From Spirochaetia bacterium (GTDB lineage: Bacteria; Spirochaetota; Spirochaetia; CAKZLE01), in NCBI GenBank assembly GCA_963677595.1, contig OY782041.1, positions 928,001-992,000 of the forward strand: a stretch of 64,000 nucleotides of DNA, written 5' to 3'. The position numbers and the translations under genes were made by a program. Numbering within the stretch: position 1 is the first letter of the stretch; each line of letters begins with the position of its first letter. The notes below the pieces were generated by a model. The model was not told the DNA's origin. It was given only the letters and a program-made list of their open reading frames with translations, and searched no databases. Positions 36,315 to 45,874 of this stretch are shown in pieces.

Positions 36315-38945
36315 TTACTGAGAATCCGCCACATACGACCCAGCTTCAGGCTGATGCCTGTAGGCAGCCTTGAAGGAGAATTCCTGCAATCCACCCAACT
36401 CCTGGTAATAGGCTTCAAGGTCCGCTGCCAGTTTGGTCTCAAGCCGTTCAAGATCGTTATGAGCGAGCAGTTCATCCCAGAGGGTTCGTGAGAATGAGAG
36501 TATATTCAGGTCCTTCAGGTCTGCATGCTTCTGTTTGTCCGTGCGATCAGGTTTGGCATGGAACATGAAACGTTTGCGCTCGAACTTCTCGAAGGGGTTG
36601 GCAAGGATGCTCTTGCTCACTTTGGGCGCGGTATTCAGGTATACCTCCGTGTAGGGACAGCCCTTACGATCAACAGGCAGGTCATGGGCTAGCCTGTCCT
36701 GGTAGAACCGTGAATAGAGGTTGAGGAGCTCATCCAGGTTGCAGATCCCGTTCTCCTGATCCGCCAGGGCCAGGAATGAGAGCAGGAAGACCATCTTGTA
36801 GGAATAGGTGTAATCACCTTTCTCAATGAAGTCCCAGAAGTCCTGGTAGATCGTACTCTGGTCATGTTTTGCCAGGCCTCTCTCCTCCCGTATTCCCTCG
36901 ACCCTGTCAGGCTTGAAATAAGACAGGGTACTCCTCCCGAAGGGGATGGAAACATCAGCCGTCAGTTGGCCCTTTCGCATCCAGCTCTTGATGCTGCCGG
37001 TAGAGACGAACAGTTCCCGGGCCAGCTGCTCAGGGCTGAGGTAAGCCCCGTACTTCTCCTCGAAGGTGAAGATATCGATCTCCTCGATCTTCCTGATAGC
37101 TTCAGTCAACCCAGACAGGAACAGCTCCTCCCTAGTTTGATCATCATGGTTGAAGATATCAGCCCAGGGCTTATAGAGCTTGGTTCCGGTCAGGGCATGG
37201 ATGGACCAGGGGTTGGTGAAAGCCCCGTAGTTATCCACCACATCGATGATGTAGAGAGCCTCTTTCCCATCACACTTCCGGGTTCCCCGGCCGATCTGCT
37301 GGGTATAGAGTACCTTACTCATGGTCGGTCGTGCCATCACGATCACGGAGGTCTGGGGACTGTCCCACCCCTCGCTGATCAGGGAGCAGGAGGTCAGGAA
37401 CTGCAGTTCCTTCTTCTCATACTGCTCAAGGTATTGTGCAGACTTCTTGATCGTTCCCGCTACAGCTTCAGCTCTGATCCCGAAATTCCTCAGGCATGCT
37501 GCCATACGTTTCGCATGGCGGACATTCACACAGAATACCACACCCTGCTTACGCATCCCCTCCTTAGTGAAGTACTTCTGGATCACCTTGGCGATCAGTT
37601 CATCCCGCGAGTCTATGACGATGGATTTCTCCAGGTCTGTTGAGACATAGTCCTTCCCCATGAACCGTATCTCTGACAGGTCAAGGTTGCTCTTCACCCG
37701 ATAGGCATGGATTGGGGCCAGGATCCCTTGCAGGATAGCCTCTTTCAAGGTCATATCAGTCTCATACTGGCCGAAGACATCCTCCAACTTCCTTGCATCC
37801 AATCGCTTGTCCGTAGCAGTCATCCCGATCAGGAATTCGGGATTGAAATGTTGGATGGTCCTCTGTAGGGTTGGCGCCACAGCATGATGGGCCTCATCGA
37901 CCGCTATATAATCATAGTAGTCACCGGGATAGTTGAAATAGTGGAGTCCCATCCATGAGTAGGTATGGATATCAATGGAAGCAAGTTGAACCCCTGCACG
38001 GATAATGGCATCCCGGACCTGTTTCTCAAGATGCTTCGTCGGTATGAGGATGAGGACTTTTGCCTCCTCATTGGTCTGGGACAGCGCCTTCAACTCCTCG
38101 ATGAGGATCTGAGTCTTCCCCGTGCCTGTCGGGAACACGACCAAGGCACTCCTGAGACCTGCAGCCCTATCCTGCTGCAGGCGTTCGAGACACTGCTCCT
38201 GGTGGTCATATAACTTGAACTCCCTGTCAGCCTTGACATGGTTGATCGTCAGGAGATTCGTGCCGTCCCCAAAATAGCTCCTGATATCATCGATGAAGTT
38301 ATCTTTGTCGACCATACTTCCGATAGACCAACGATAGAGCTTGTTCCCATTCGTCACGAAAGAGTTCTGTTTTCGCAGCTGATCTTTATACCGTTCCTTC
38401 CCGATAACAGCTGGATGATGGTATTGCTCACCATTCTGCTCAACCGCAATATAGTGATGGGGTTCCTCCATCTCTATCAGGTAGTCATAGAACTTCTCAT
38501 TGCCGTGGATATCGAAGAATGAAGCTTCCTTGCAGATCTTATCGGAGGATCCCCTCCCATACAGGTCGATGAACGCATCCTCGAACTTGCATTCAGTCGG
38601 GGAAGAATCAGGGAATGCAAGAGCCCTGTCATAGGGACTGGACCTGAACTCAGCCACATCACTGGAATCAAGAGTAAAATCGACCAGGGACTGCAGGTCT
38701 CGTTCCGCCTCTTCAAGATCGGACTCATCCTCGATCACGAAACGGTAAAGGGAATCGAACCGATGCATCAGTTCGTTCTGGTGTCTCGTGTAGTCTGAGT
38801 AGTACAGTCTCCGGTCCCGGCAGATATCACGGTCGATGATGATGAGCCTGCTTCCCTGAATATCCTGAAAGCAATGGGAGGTGCGGAACGTACTGGTCTC
38901 AGTAAAGTCCCATCTCTTCAGCCATTCTCGTATTCTCTCAATCAT
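36315..38945 (-). CDS. SF2 (ResIII-like) DEAH helicase with N-terminal Vsr/DUF559-like nuclease region and HTH
   Basis: PTGTGKT, DEAH, MTAT, SEGWD, QQIGRGTR; YDY...AVEQNGEQYH; LARELFVSTGSIKSW HTH. Confidence 0.88.
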   Translation of the reverse strand: MIERIREWLKRWDFTETSTFRTSHCFQDIQGSRLIIIDRDICRDRRLYYSDYTRHQNELMHRFDSLYRFVIEDESDLEEAERDLQSLVDFTLDSSDVAEFRSSPYDRALAFPDSSPTECKFEDAFIDLYGRGSSDKICKEASFFDIHGNEKFYDYLIEMEEPHHYIAVEQNGEQYHHPAVIGKERYKDQLRKQNSFVTNGNKLYRWSIGSMVDKDNFIDDIRSYFGDGTNLLTINHVKADREFKLYDHQEQCLERLQQDRAAGLRSALVVFPTGTGKTQILIEELKALSQTNEEAKVLILIPTKHLEKQVRDAIIRAGVQLASIDIHTYSWMGLHYFNYPGDYYDYIAVDEAHHAVAPTLQRTIQHFNPEFLIGMTATDKRLDARKLEDVFGQYETDMTLKEAILQGILAPIHAYRVKSNLDLSEIRFMGKDYVSTDLEKSIVIDSRDELIAKVIQKYFTKEGMRKQGVVFCVNVRHAKRMAACLRNFGIRAEAVAGTIKKSAQYLEQYEKKELQFLTSCSLISEGWDSPQTSVIVMARPTMSKVLYTQQIGRGTRKCDGKEALYIIDVVDNYGAFTNPWSIHALTGTKLYKPWADIFNHDDQTREELFLSGLTEAIRKIEEIDIFTFEEKYGAYLSPEQLARELFVSTGSIKSWMRKGQLTADVSIPFGRSTLSYFKPDRVEGIREERGLAKHDQSTIYQDFWDFIEKGDYTYSYKMVFLLSFLALADQENGICNLDELLNLYSRFYQDRLAHDLPVDRKGCPYTEVYLNTAPKVSKSILANPFEKFERKRFMFHAKPDRTDKQKHADLKDLNILSFSRTLWDELLAHNDLERLETKLAADLEAYYQELGGLQEFSFKAAYRHQPEAGSYVADSQ

Positions 38946-38950
38946 CTCAT

Positions 38951-38992
38951 CTCTGCCGTCTCAAGGAACAGTCTCCTGGAGAATCCTCCCCT
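38951..38992. repeat. 42-bp direct repeat (orphan 3' end of PRA-PH-like gene)
   Basis: 38/42 identical to 40581-40622; minus strand reads RGGFSRRLFLETAEMR* with ATGA overlap to helicase start. Confidence 0.85.
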
Positions 38993-39818
38993 ATTCGCTC
39001 TCGGTGAAGAATGCGTTCTTGAAGAGGTCCATAAGCTGGTGTCTGTCATCGACTCCGGCCTTATCGAAGATGTTCTTGATGTGGGTCTTCACCGTCTGTT
39101 CCTTGATCCCCAACAGGTCGGCGATCTCCAGGTTCGAGCCTCGCGTCTCGCAGAGGGTCTGCAGTACATCCATCTCCCTCGGGGTGAATCCCATCTGGTC
39201 CGGATCGAGAGTCTCTCCCATCAGCTTGTCAAGTTTGTCCTTGACCTCCAGGAGACGGGTATGGTACTTCTTCGTGAGGCCGAGGTATCGGCTGAGCTCA
39301 TCGTAGAACATGATCAAAGCTATCCCAAAGAAGAACACCCCGAAGAGGATGACATACAACCCTCTCATGACCATGTTGTCAGAGAAGGCAGAGTACTCTA
39401 TGACCGCTGCCATGTAGATGATGAAGATGATCAGGCCTCTGGTGGCAAAAAACCTGTACTTGATCCCCATGAGCCCTGAGAGCATGATCAGGGCGAGCAG
39501 ATACTGGTTCTGGTGGTCATCAAGAGCCGAGAAGGTGGTGATCAAGATGAGAACCAGGAGCTGAAAGCCTTTGTTTATGGTATCCAGTCTGATAATGATA
39601 TTCTTTTTCGCTGTACCGAACCGGAGGCTCTCCCGGGGAATGAGGGAGAGGGTGATCATGATAAGACCGAAGGCGAGGATGAAGTAGTTCCACCAGGAGA
39701 ACCCTCCTCCCTGCTGCATGTCAACTTTGGCAGAGGTTGAGATGTAGTTCATAACGACCACTAATAACCCGATTGTTCCGAACAGCGTACCGATTATATT
39801 GTGTACTTTCCGCTTCAT
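38991..39818 (-). CDS. Membrane-anchored LuxR-family one-component regulator (~6 TM + coiled coil + HTH)
   Basis: Six hydrophobic segments; FTPREMDVL...SNLEIADLLGIKEQTVKTHIKNIFDKAGV. Confidence 0.9.
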   Translation of the reverse strand: MKRKVHNIIGTLFGTIGLLVVVMNYISTSAKVDMQQGGGFSWWNYFILAFGLIMITLSLIPRESLRFGTAKKNIIIRLDTINKGFQLLVLILITTFSALDDHQNQYLLALIMLSGLMGIKYRFFATRGLIIFIIYMAAVIEYSAFSDNMVMRGLYVILFGVFFFGIALIMFYDELSRYLGLTKKYHTRLLEVKDKLDKLMGETLDPDQMGFTPREMDVLQTLCETRGSNLEIADLLGIKEQTVKTHIKNIFDKAGVDDRHQLMDLFKNAFFTESE

Positions 39819-39823
39819 GCGTC

Positions 39824-40351
39824 TTAATCCTCCCAGAATGATTGAATATAGGTATCAGGATCTAGAATCGGTCGAAATAGATCCTGGTAGGGTGCGAACG
39901 CTTCCTCGAGCTCCCCAGCAAGGGTCTCATAGTCCCACTTCCCGCTCACAAGAGGGTTATACTTTCCCTGTTGCATATCTTCCTGTCTGTCACGATGGTA
40001 GTCTTCGAGCATATTCCGCGCGATGAGAACCACTCCGGCATTCGCGATGGCCTCATTGCCGGAACTGATCGTCGAGATCAGCTTAAGCCTGTGCATGATG
40101 TGGACATCATCGGTCTCACCGTGAAGGTAGTATTCTTTCGTTCCGGGGAGTATCGACAACAGATAGGTCATCATGTGAGTCAGTGCATCCCGCCTCGGAG
40201 CAGCTGAAGCTGCAAGATAAGGTATTGCCGTAATGAGAAGGAGGGTCTGGTTACCCAACAGGCTCTCTTTCCTGCCATCGGGCAGGTGTATGATGCCAGA
40301 CAGGTCATCAAGGATGGACTGCATCTCATCGAAGATCTCTGATCTGTTCAT
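39824..40351 (-). CDS. Hypothetical alpha-helical protein with prenyltransferase-like EDxxxDxxED..GKYN motif
   Basis: 175-aa ORF with G-rich RBS, 5 nt upstream of LuxR gene; function inferred only. Confidence 0.75.
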   Translation of the reverse strand: MNRSEIFDEMQSILDDLSGIIHLPDGRKESLLGNQTLLLITAIPYLAASAAPRRDALTHMMTYLLSILPGTKEYYLHGETDDVHIMHRLKLISTISSGNEAIANAGVVLIARNMLEDYHRDRQEDMQQGKYNPLVSGKWDYETLAGELEEAFAPYQDLFRPILDPDTYIQSFWED

Positions 40352-40525
40352 CTTCCCCCCCAGCTCTTCACCGCTCAAGACTCTTTAAGCTGTATGGAGT
40401 TCAGGCAGGAACACGACATACTCTCAGTAACAAAGAATCATTCGATGTATATATCGGTTATATAGCATGCCAGGAGTAAAATCAAGAGAATACGGATATT
40501 GATGCAGGCAAGCGGGGGGAGGTAT

Positions 40526-40551
40526 GGAACATACTGGACTCAGTATGTTCC
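40526..40551 (-). terminator. Hairpin after PRA-PH-like gene
   Basis: ggaacatactg-gact-cagtatgttcc perfect 11-bp stem. Confidence 0.5.
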
Positions 40552-40556
40552 CCCGA

Positions 40557-40889
40557 TCACGGATCCTGCTGATCATGCTCCTCTACCGTTTCAAGGAACA
40601 GTCTCTTGGAGAACCCTCCCCTCTTTTCCTGCTTACTGATCCTGATTTCCTCAAGTTCCTGGGCATCCGCACCATGCGTCTCCGCCAATGCTAACACCAC
40701 TTCCATGATATCAGCCAGCTCCTCCAGGGAGGGATCATCAAGGTATTCAGCAACCTCTTCCTTCAGCTTCTCAGAAAGAAACCTCACAAATTCCTGTTCA
40801 TCCAGTACCCTGGTTGTGCAGGAATTGCCGCTTGTTTCAATGATCTGTGGGATCCTGTCCCGAATGAGTTTGTTATAGGTCTTTTTCAT
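40557..40889 (-). CDS. PRA-PH/MazG-like nucleoside triphosphate pyrophosphohydrolase
   Basis: YNKLIRDRIP, KLKEEVAEY, EELADIMEV, KRGGF. Confidence 0.9.
   Translation of the reverse strand: MKKTYNKLIRDRIPQIIETSGNSCTTRVLDEQEFVRFLSEKLKEEVAEYLDDPSLEELADIMEVVLALAETHGADAQELEEIRISKQEKRGGFSKRLFLETVEEHDQQDP
40581..40622. repeat. 42-bp direct repeat, second copy (within intact PRA-PH-like gene)
   Basis: See 38951-38992. Confidence 0.85.
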
Positions 40890-40968
40890 CGTTCACTCTT
40901 CATACCCATAATCCATGGCTTATAGATACGAGTATACACGATACGGGCGGTTCCGATAAGGAATTTCT

Positions 40969-41520
40969 CTACCCCCACACCATCTCCCCGGTATCTATCC
41001 GGTAGAAGCAGCTGGTGATCATGAGGTCCGTGACCTGTCCGAGAATGGTTGACCGTTCTATGATTGCCCGTGCAACATCCTTGGTATGGGCTATGGTCAC
41101 CGCATCGATGGACATGTGGTCCCTGACTACCGGCTGTATGGCCTTGATGAGGCTGGTAAGGTGCACCGAGTCCGTGGGGGAGTCTTCCACCGCCGCGGTG
41201 ATCGCCCCGCAGGAGGAGTGGCCCTTTACCACGATGAGGCGTACGCCCAGGGTCGTGACGGCATACTCGATGCTGGCAAGGTCATAGTCGCTGACGACAT
41301 TCCCCGCAGTCCGTATGACGAAGAGTTCCCCGAACCCTGCATCGAAGAGCAGCTCCGGGGGTATCCTGGAATCGGAGCAGGAGACGATGACCGCGAAGGG
41401 CTTCTGCCCGCCAGCCGTGAGCCGTGCCTGCCCGACAGACCTCTTTGCTGTCTCGCGGGTATCGCCGAAGAACCTGCTGTGGCCATCTTTCAATCTCTGA
41501 AGGGCTTGTCTTGCATCCAT
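40969..41520 (-). CDS. Beta-class carbonic anhydrase
   Basis: SCSDSR, RTAGN, GHSSCGA zinc ligands. Confidence 0.93.
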   Translation of the reverse strand: MDARQALQRLKDGHSRFFGDTRETAKRSVGQARLTAGGQKPFAVIVSCSDSRIPPELLFDAGFGELFVIRTAGNVVSDYDLASIEYAVTTLGVRLIVVKGHSSCGAITAAVEDSPTDSVHLTSLIKAIQPVVRDHMSIDAVTIAHTKDVARAIIERSTILGQVTDLMITSCFYRIDTGEMVWG

Positions 41521-41592
41521 GAACGGTACTCCTGCTTTTCTACTATTCCTGACATATTGCACTCTTTTTGTCAAGATAAACAAGCGTTCGTG

Positions 41593-42921
41593 TCAATAGG
41601 ACGGGAGGGCCAGCGGCTGCTCCTTAGCCCTGGGGATGAGGATCTGGAAGACGGTGATCCCCTCGCTCTCGATCGACTGGACCTCGATCTCCCAGCCGTG
41701 GGACTCGACGATCGACTTCACCGATGCGAGGCCGAGGCCGAAGCCCTCGCCCCTGCGTGAGGAGTCACCGCGGTAGAACGGCTCGAACATATGGCGGATC
41801 ACATCCCGGCTGATCGGGTTCTCATGCCGGTTGATGAAGGCGATCCTGATATACTCCCCCTTGTACTGGCAGAGCATCCGTACCGGCTTGTCCTTGATCC
41901 CGTAGCGGTAGCTGTTCTGCATGAGGTTCTCCATGGCACGGGTGAGCAGGTCCGTATCGAAGGATACGACCGTGTTACGCTCGATGTCTATCTCATAGAT
42001 GAACTGGTAACCGAGCAGGGCAGCCTCATCTGCCTGGAGGTTGGCGAAGTCCTCTAAGAAGGGACAGAGCATCTGGTAGGAGAGGTTGGACTGGAAGTCA
42101 TTGTTCGTGAGCTTGATGTACTGGATCAGCTGGGCTATCCGCTTATCGAGGAGAGCACCCTTCTTGTTGATGATCTGCAGGTACTTGTCCCTCGTCTCCT
42201 TATCCTCGGCAAGGCCGTCGAGGAGCGCCTGGGAGTAGCCCGTGATCGAGGCAAGGGGTGTCTTGAGGTCATGGGAGACCCCGGTGAAGAACCGGGTCCT
42301 CCGGTCATACTCCTCCTTCACCTTCTTCCGCATGGAATTGATCGAGTCGGCAAGCTCGATGAAGGTGTCATCGTCGTAGAGGAGTATCGGGGTATCAAGG
42401 TCCCCGTCCGCCATCCGTTTCGTTCCCTCCTCGAGCTTCTCGAGGGACTTCGAGATCGACCGTATGGTCATAAAGGAGATGATGATGATGAACACCAGGA
42501 TAGATACCATGGCGATGAAGTTGAAGTAGCCCCGGTAGGGCATGGTGAACCCAGACCCGAGGAGCACAGAGTAGTAGTTCCCGTCATCGAACCTGAGCCG
42601 CTTCGTCGTGACGAGCTGCTGGGAAGTCGCATCGGTGAGCGTCTTGAACCCTGAGAACCCCTCGTTCCGGTAGACGACGTTCTTCTCATCATCGAGGATG
42701 ATGAGGAAGAACGGCTCGGGGAACTCAGTACTCAGCTGCTTCACCCGTTCCAGGGATACCCCGTCCTCGAGCTCGTTGAAGAAGTGGCCGGTCTTCCACT
42801 CAGCCGCCTTGATGATGGAACCAAGATCCGGAGCTATCAGGAGCATCGTGAGAAAGGTGACTGCGATCGGGACGATGAGCGTCCCGATGATGATCCCGAG
42901 GAACCGGTTCTTCAGCTTCAT
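41593..42921 (-). CDS. HAMP-domain sensor histidine kinase
   Basis: 2 TM, SHDLKTPL, ENLMQNS, FEPFYRGD, GFGLGL. Confidence 0.95.
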   Translation of the reverse strand: MKLKNRFLGIIIGTLIVPIAVTFLTMLLIAPDLGSIIKAAEWKTGHFFNELEDGVSLERVKQLSTEFPEPFFLIILDDEKNVVYRNEGFSGFKTLTDATSQQLVTTKRLRFDDGNYYSVLLGSGFTMPYRGYFNFIAMVSILVFIIIISFMTIRSISKSLEKLEEGTKRMADGDLDTPILLYDDDTFIELADSINSMRKKVKEEYDRRTRFFTGVSHDLKTPLASITGYSQALLDGLAEDKETRDKYLQIINKKGALLDKRIAQLIQYIKLTNNDFQSNLSYQMLCPFLEDFANLQADEAALLGYQFIYEIDIERNTVVSFDTDLLTRAMENLMQNSYRYGIKDKPVRMLCQYKGEYIRIAFINRHENPISRDVIRHMFEPFYRGDSSRRGEGFGLGLASVKSIVESHGWEIEVQSIESEGITVFQILIPRAKEQPLALPSY

Positions 42922-43610
42922 GCTGTCTTTTCCCTGTCGAAGAGATACCCCTTCCCATGGATGGTCTTGATGTACTGCGGGTTATGGTAGTCATCCTCTA
43001 TTTTCTTTCGGATCCGCTGGATGTAGACAGAGACCGCCGAGACGTCGCCGAACTCCTGCCCCCAGATCTCCTCATAGATCTCCTGCAGGCTGAAGACGGT
43101 CCCGGCATGCTCAACGAGGAAGCGCAGGATCTCGAACTCGCGCACCGCGATGGGTACGATCTCCCCGTCCCGCTTGATATTATACCCGTCATAATCTAGC
43201 TCGAAGGGACCGAAGGAGAACTTCCGCTTCTCCTCACCGGAGAAGACCTTCGAACGGCGCAGGAGCGCACGGATCCGTGCGCTCAAGACCCGCGGGGCGA
43301 AGGGCTTTGTGACGAACTCATCGGCACCGATGCCGAGCCCCATGATCACGTCCTCGTCAGCCTCCCGGGCCGAGACAATGATCACCGGGACCGTGGAGTC
43401 CTTCCTGAACCGCTGGAGGAACTCGAACCCGTCCATCCCCGGCAGGTTAATATCGAGGACGATGAGGTCGAAGGAGGACTCCTCGATACAGGCGAGCCCC
43501 TTCTCGGCAGTACCCGCCCATACGGTATCGACTCCCTCGTTCCTCAGGTAGAGCTGGACCAGCTCTGCGATCTCCTGCTCGTCCTCTATGATCAGCACAT
43601 TCGCTTTCAT
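42918..43610 (-). CDS. OmpR-family response regulator
   Basis: IIEDE, LDINLPG, TKPF, IKTIHGKGY. Confidence 0.95.
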   Translation of the reverse strand: MKANVLIIEDEQEIAELVQLYLRNEGVDTVWAGTAEKGLACIEESSFDLIVLDINLPGMDGFEFLQRFRKDSTVPVIIVSAREADEDVIMGLGIGADEFVTKPFAPRVLSARIRALLRRSKVFSGEEKRKFSFGPFELDYDGYNIKRDGEIVPIAVREFEILRFLVEHAGTVFSLQEIYEEIWGQEFGDVSAVSVYIQRIRKKIEDDYHNPQYIKTIHGKGYLFDREKTA

Positions 43611-43612
43611 GG

Positions 43613-45073
43613 CTAGAAACTCGTACCCCCGAGCGAGAAGGTCAGGGAAGTCGAGAGGGTGCTGCCGTCGGAGAGCCCAAGACTGGAAGTCAGCGGATTG
43701 GCCGAGTACTCCGGCGTGAACTGGTCGCCCAGGTCCCCGTAGGTCATCGTCGCACCGAGGGAAGCCGAGATGTAGTCGGCGATGCCCCAGTTGATGCTTG
43801 GCCGCAGCATCCCGGACATGTCATCGAGGTTGCTGTACCAGAAGAGGCTCGTGGACACTGAATCGGTCAGCGTGAGGGAAGCCGTTGCCGCCCCGTAGTT
43901 GAACCCGGAGGTAGTGAAGGAGTTCGCGAAGAGGTCATCCCCGTTGTAGCCTTCACCGTTGAAGTAGTACTGGGCCATGAGGGATACCCCGAAGTCACTC
44001 TCATCGGCAGACCAGGAGTACAGGCCTCCCACCGTACCAGAGAGGTAGAGCTTGTCCTCGAACTCATGGAAGCCAGGCACGAACCCGTCAAGGGTTGATA
44101 TACTGTTGGTCGACCCGTAGGAAGCCAGGCCCTCAGCGAAGAACATGATGTCCTTGAAGAGCGTCGTGGAAAGTGTCGCCATAGCCTTCGGAGGCTCGTC
44201 GTACTGGTAATATGCTCCAAGACCAACCTCGGCCCCACCGAGGACCTTCTCGTACTTCAGCGCATAGGCCAGGTCCTCGATCTCACTCGCACCATCAGGC
44301 AGGATCACATAGCCGTAGAGATTGTCGATCCCGATCGGTGCATTCATCTTGATCGACAGCGGCCCCTCGAGCTCGGCAGTCGGGTTCTCCGGATCAACCT
44401 GCGAGATGTTCAGCAAGTTGGCAGGTGAGAAGAAGTACCCCACCCCCCAGTTGAGTGCCTGCTTCCCCACTCGGAAGAAGACCCGGTCATTGATGTTGAA
44501 GTCGCTGAAGAGCTCCTTGATGCTGATGATGTCGCTTCCCTGCCTTCCTTCAGCAATCGCATAAGGAAGCTCATCCGGTGTCAGGACATCACTTACATAC
44601 AGGGGATTCTCTACAAGGTATGAACCGCTCTCCGTGAACGGATACGATATATCAGCCTTCCCATAGACCCTGATCGATGCATCGGGACGTGCATCGAAGA
44701 AGAGGGTCGAGGAGAGGCTGGAGCCTCCCAGGCTCCAGTCAGAACTCTCATCATCGAAGTTGTAGGTGAAGGTTGGGGCCACTGCCATGGAGAAGCTCCC
44801 ACCGATGGTGACGCCTTCCTCGTTGACGAGCAGCAGCTCGTTGAGGTTGAGGTCGGTCTCCTGCACGTCGGTGACCAGTGAGTCACTTGCGGTGTCCGTC
44901 TCTTCTCCGAAGAGGTCATCCATGCTTCCTGAATCATCCCCGAAGAGGGAATCGAGATCATCCGATGACTCCTCCCCGAAGAGGGAGTCCAGGTCATCGG
45001 CAGCGGTGGCCACCGCTGCCGGGATCAGGAGGATGAGGAGGATGATCAGTAGGTTCTTTCCTAAGGTTCTCAT
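43613..45073 (-). CDS. Exported, probable outer-membrane beta-barrel protein with acidic DxLFG repeats
   Basis: Signal peptide, RVGKQALNWGVGYFFSP motif, amphipathic strands, terminal Phe. Confidence 0.75.
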   Translation of the reverse strand: MRTLGKNLLIILLILLIPAAVATAADDLDSLFGEESSDDLDSLFGDDSGSMDDLFGEETDTASDSLVTDVQETDLNLNELLLVNEEGVTIGGSFSMAVAPTFTYNFDDESSDWSLGGSSLSSTLFFDARPDASIRVYGKADISYPFTESGSYLVENPLYVSDVLTPDELPYAIAEGRQGSDIISIKELFSDFNINDRVFFRVGKQALNWGVGYFFSPANLLNISQVDPENPTAELEGPLSIKMNAPIGIDNLYGYVILPDGASEIEDLAYALKYEKVLGGAEVGLGAYYQYDEPPKAMATLSTTLFKDIMFFAEGLASYGSTNSISTLDGFVPGFHEFEDKLYLSGTVGGLYSWSADESDFGVSLMAQYYFNGEGYNGDDLFANSFTTSGFNYGAATASLTLTDSVSTSLFWYSNLDDMSGMLRPSINWGIADYISASLGATMTYGDLGDQFTPEYSANPLTSSLGLSDGSTLSTSLTFSLGGTSF

Positions 45074-45093
45074 GCTTTTTCTCCTCCTCTATG

Positions 45094-45852
45094 CTAGTTG
45101 TTCACTCGTTCGACGTAGGACTTGGTGAAGATCGTATCAGGCACATCCTTGGTGGAGATGTCGCTGATGGTGATCGTCGTCTTCTTGCCCGCGATGAGCT
45201 CATCGACGAAGATCATCTTCGTCGGTATGAAGTTGGTCCCGGCCTTGGCGTAGGAGGGGTAGTAGCTCGTCCTCATGAGGCGGTCGCCGGCGCTGTAGTC
45301 CTCGGTCTTGAGGACGAGCGACCCGTTCTGAGTGACCCAGAGCTTCTGCGTCGGGTAGGTCACCTCGTCGTTGTTCGCCTCGATCACCATGATGTAGACC
45401 TCGTACTTGCCGAGCTTGCCCTCCTCGATCGAAGTCACCTCGTAGTCAGCTGCGACGGAGGACTCGTTGAAGTCCGAGTTGTTGGCATCGGAACCGTTGA
45501 ACTGCTCCTTCATCGAGGTGTGGGAGAACTTCCTGCTCTCCGGGTCGTAGAACCAGAGGTTATCCTCGATCATCAGGTAGCCCTGCCCCTTCTGGGCCAG
45601 GGGCTCCTGGATGAGCATGAGGAACTTGTCGTTGTCGTCGTCACGGAACTGCTGTACCGTGGTCTTCTCGATCCCGTCCTCGGGATCCTCCGAGATGAAG
45701 GACATGAGGGCTGAGAAATCGGTACCGGAGAAGTTCCCCATGTTGTCAATCTCCTCGAGGATCCGCTGCCCGTCTGCAAGGGTCACCGCTGAGAGGGAGG
45801 CTGCTGCCATGATGAGGAGCATGGCCGAAAGTATCAGTAGCTTCTTTTTCAT
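45094..45852 (-). CDS. LolA-like outer-membrane lipoprotein-sorting protein
   Basis: EPLAQKGQGYL..EDNLWFYDP, FNGSDANNSDF. Confidence 0.85.
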   Translation of the reverse strand: MKKKLLILSAMLLIMAAASLSAVTLADGQRILEEIDNMGNFSGTDFSALMSFISEDPEDGIEKTTVQQFRDDDNDKFLMLIQEPLAQKGQGYLMIEDNLWFYDPESRKFSHTSMKEQFNGSDANNSDFNESSVAADYEVTSIEEGKLGKYEVYIMVIEANNDEVTYPTQKLWVTQNGSLVLKTEDYSAGDRLMRTSYYPSYAKAGTNFIPTKMIFVDELIAGKKTTITISDISTKDVPDTIFTKSYVERVNN

Positions 45853-45874
45853 TCTTCTATTCCTTATTTGCCTG

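Noticed and set aside
40375-40419. Small ORF MSCSCLNSIQLKES upstream of the LuxR cassette as a possible pheromone peptide
   Set aside because: Weak RBS, only 14 codons, expected by chance; no supporting evidence
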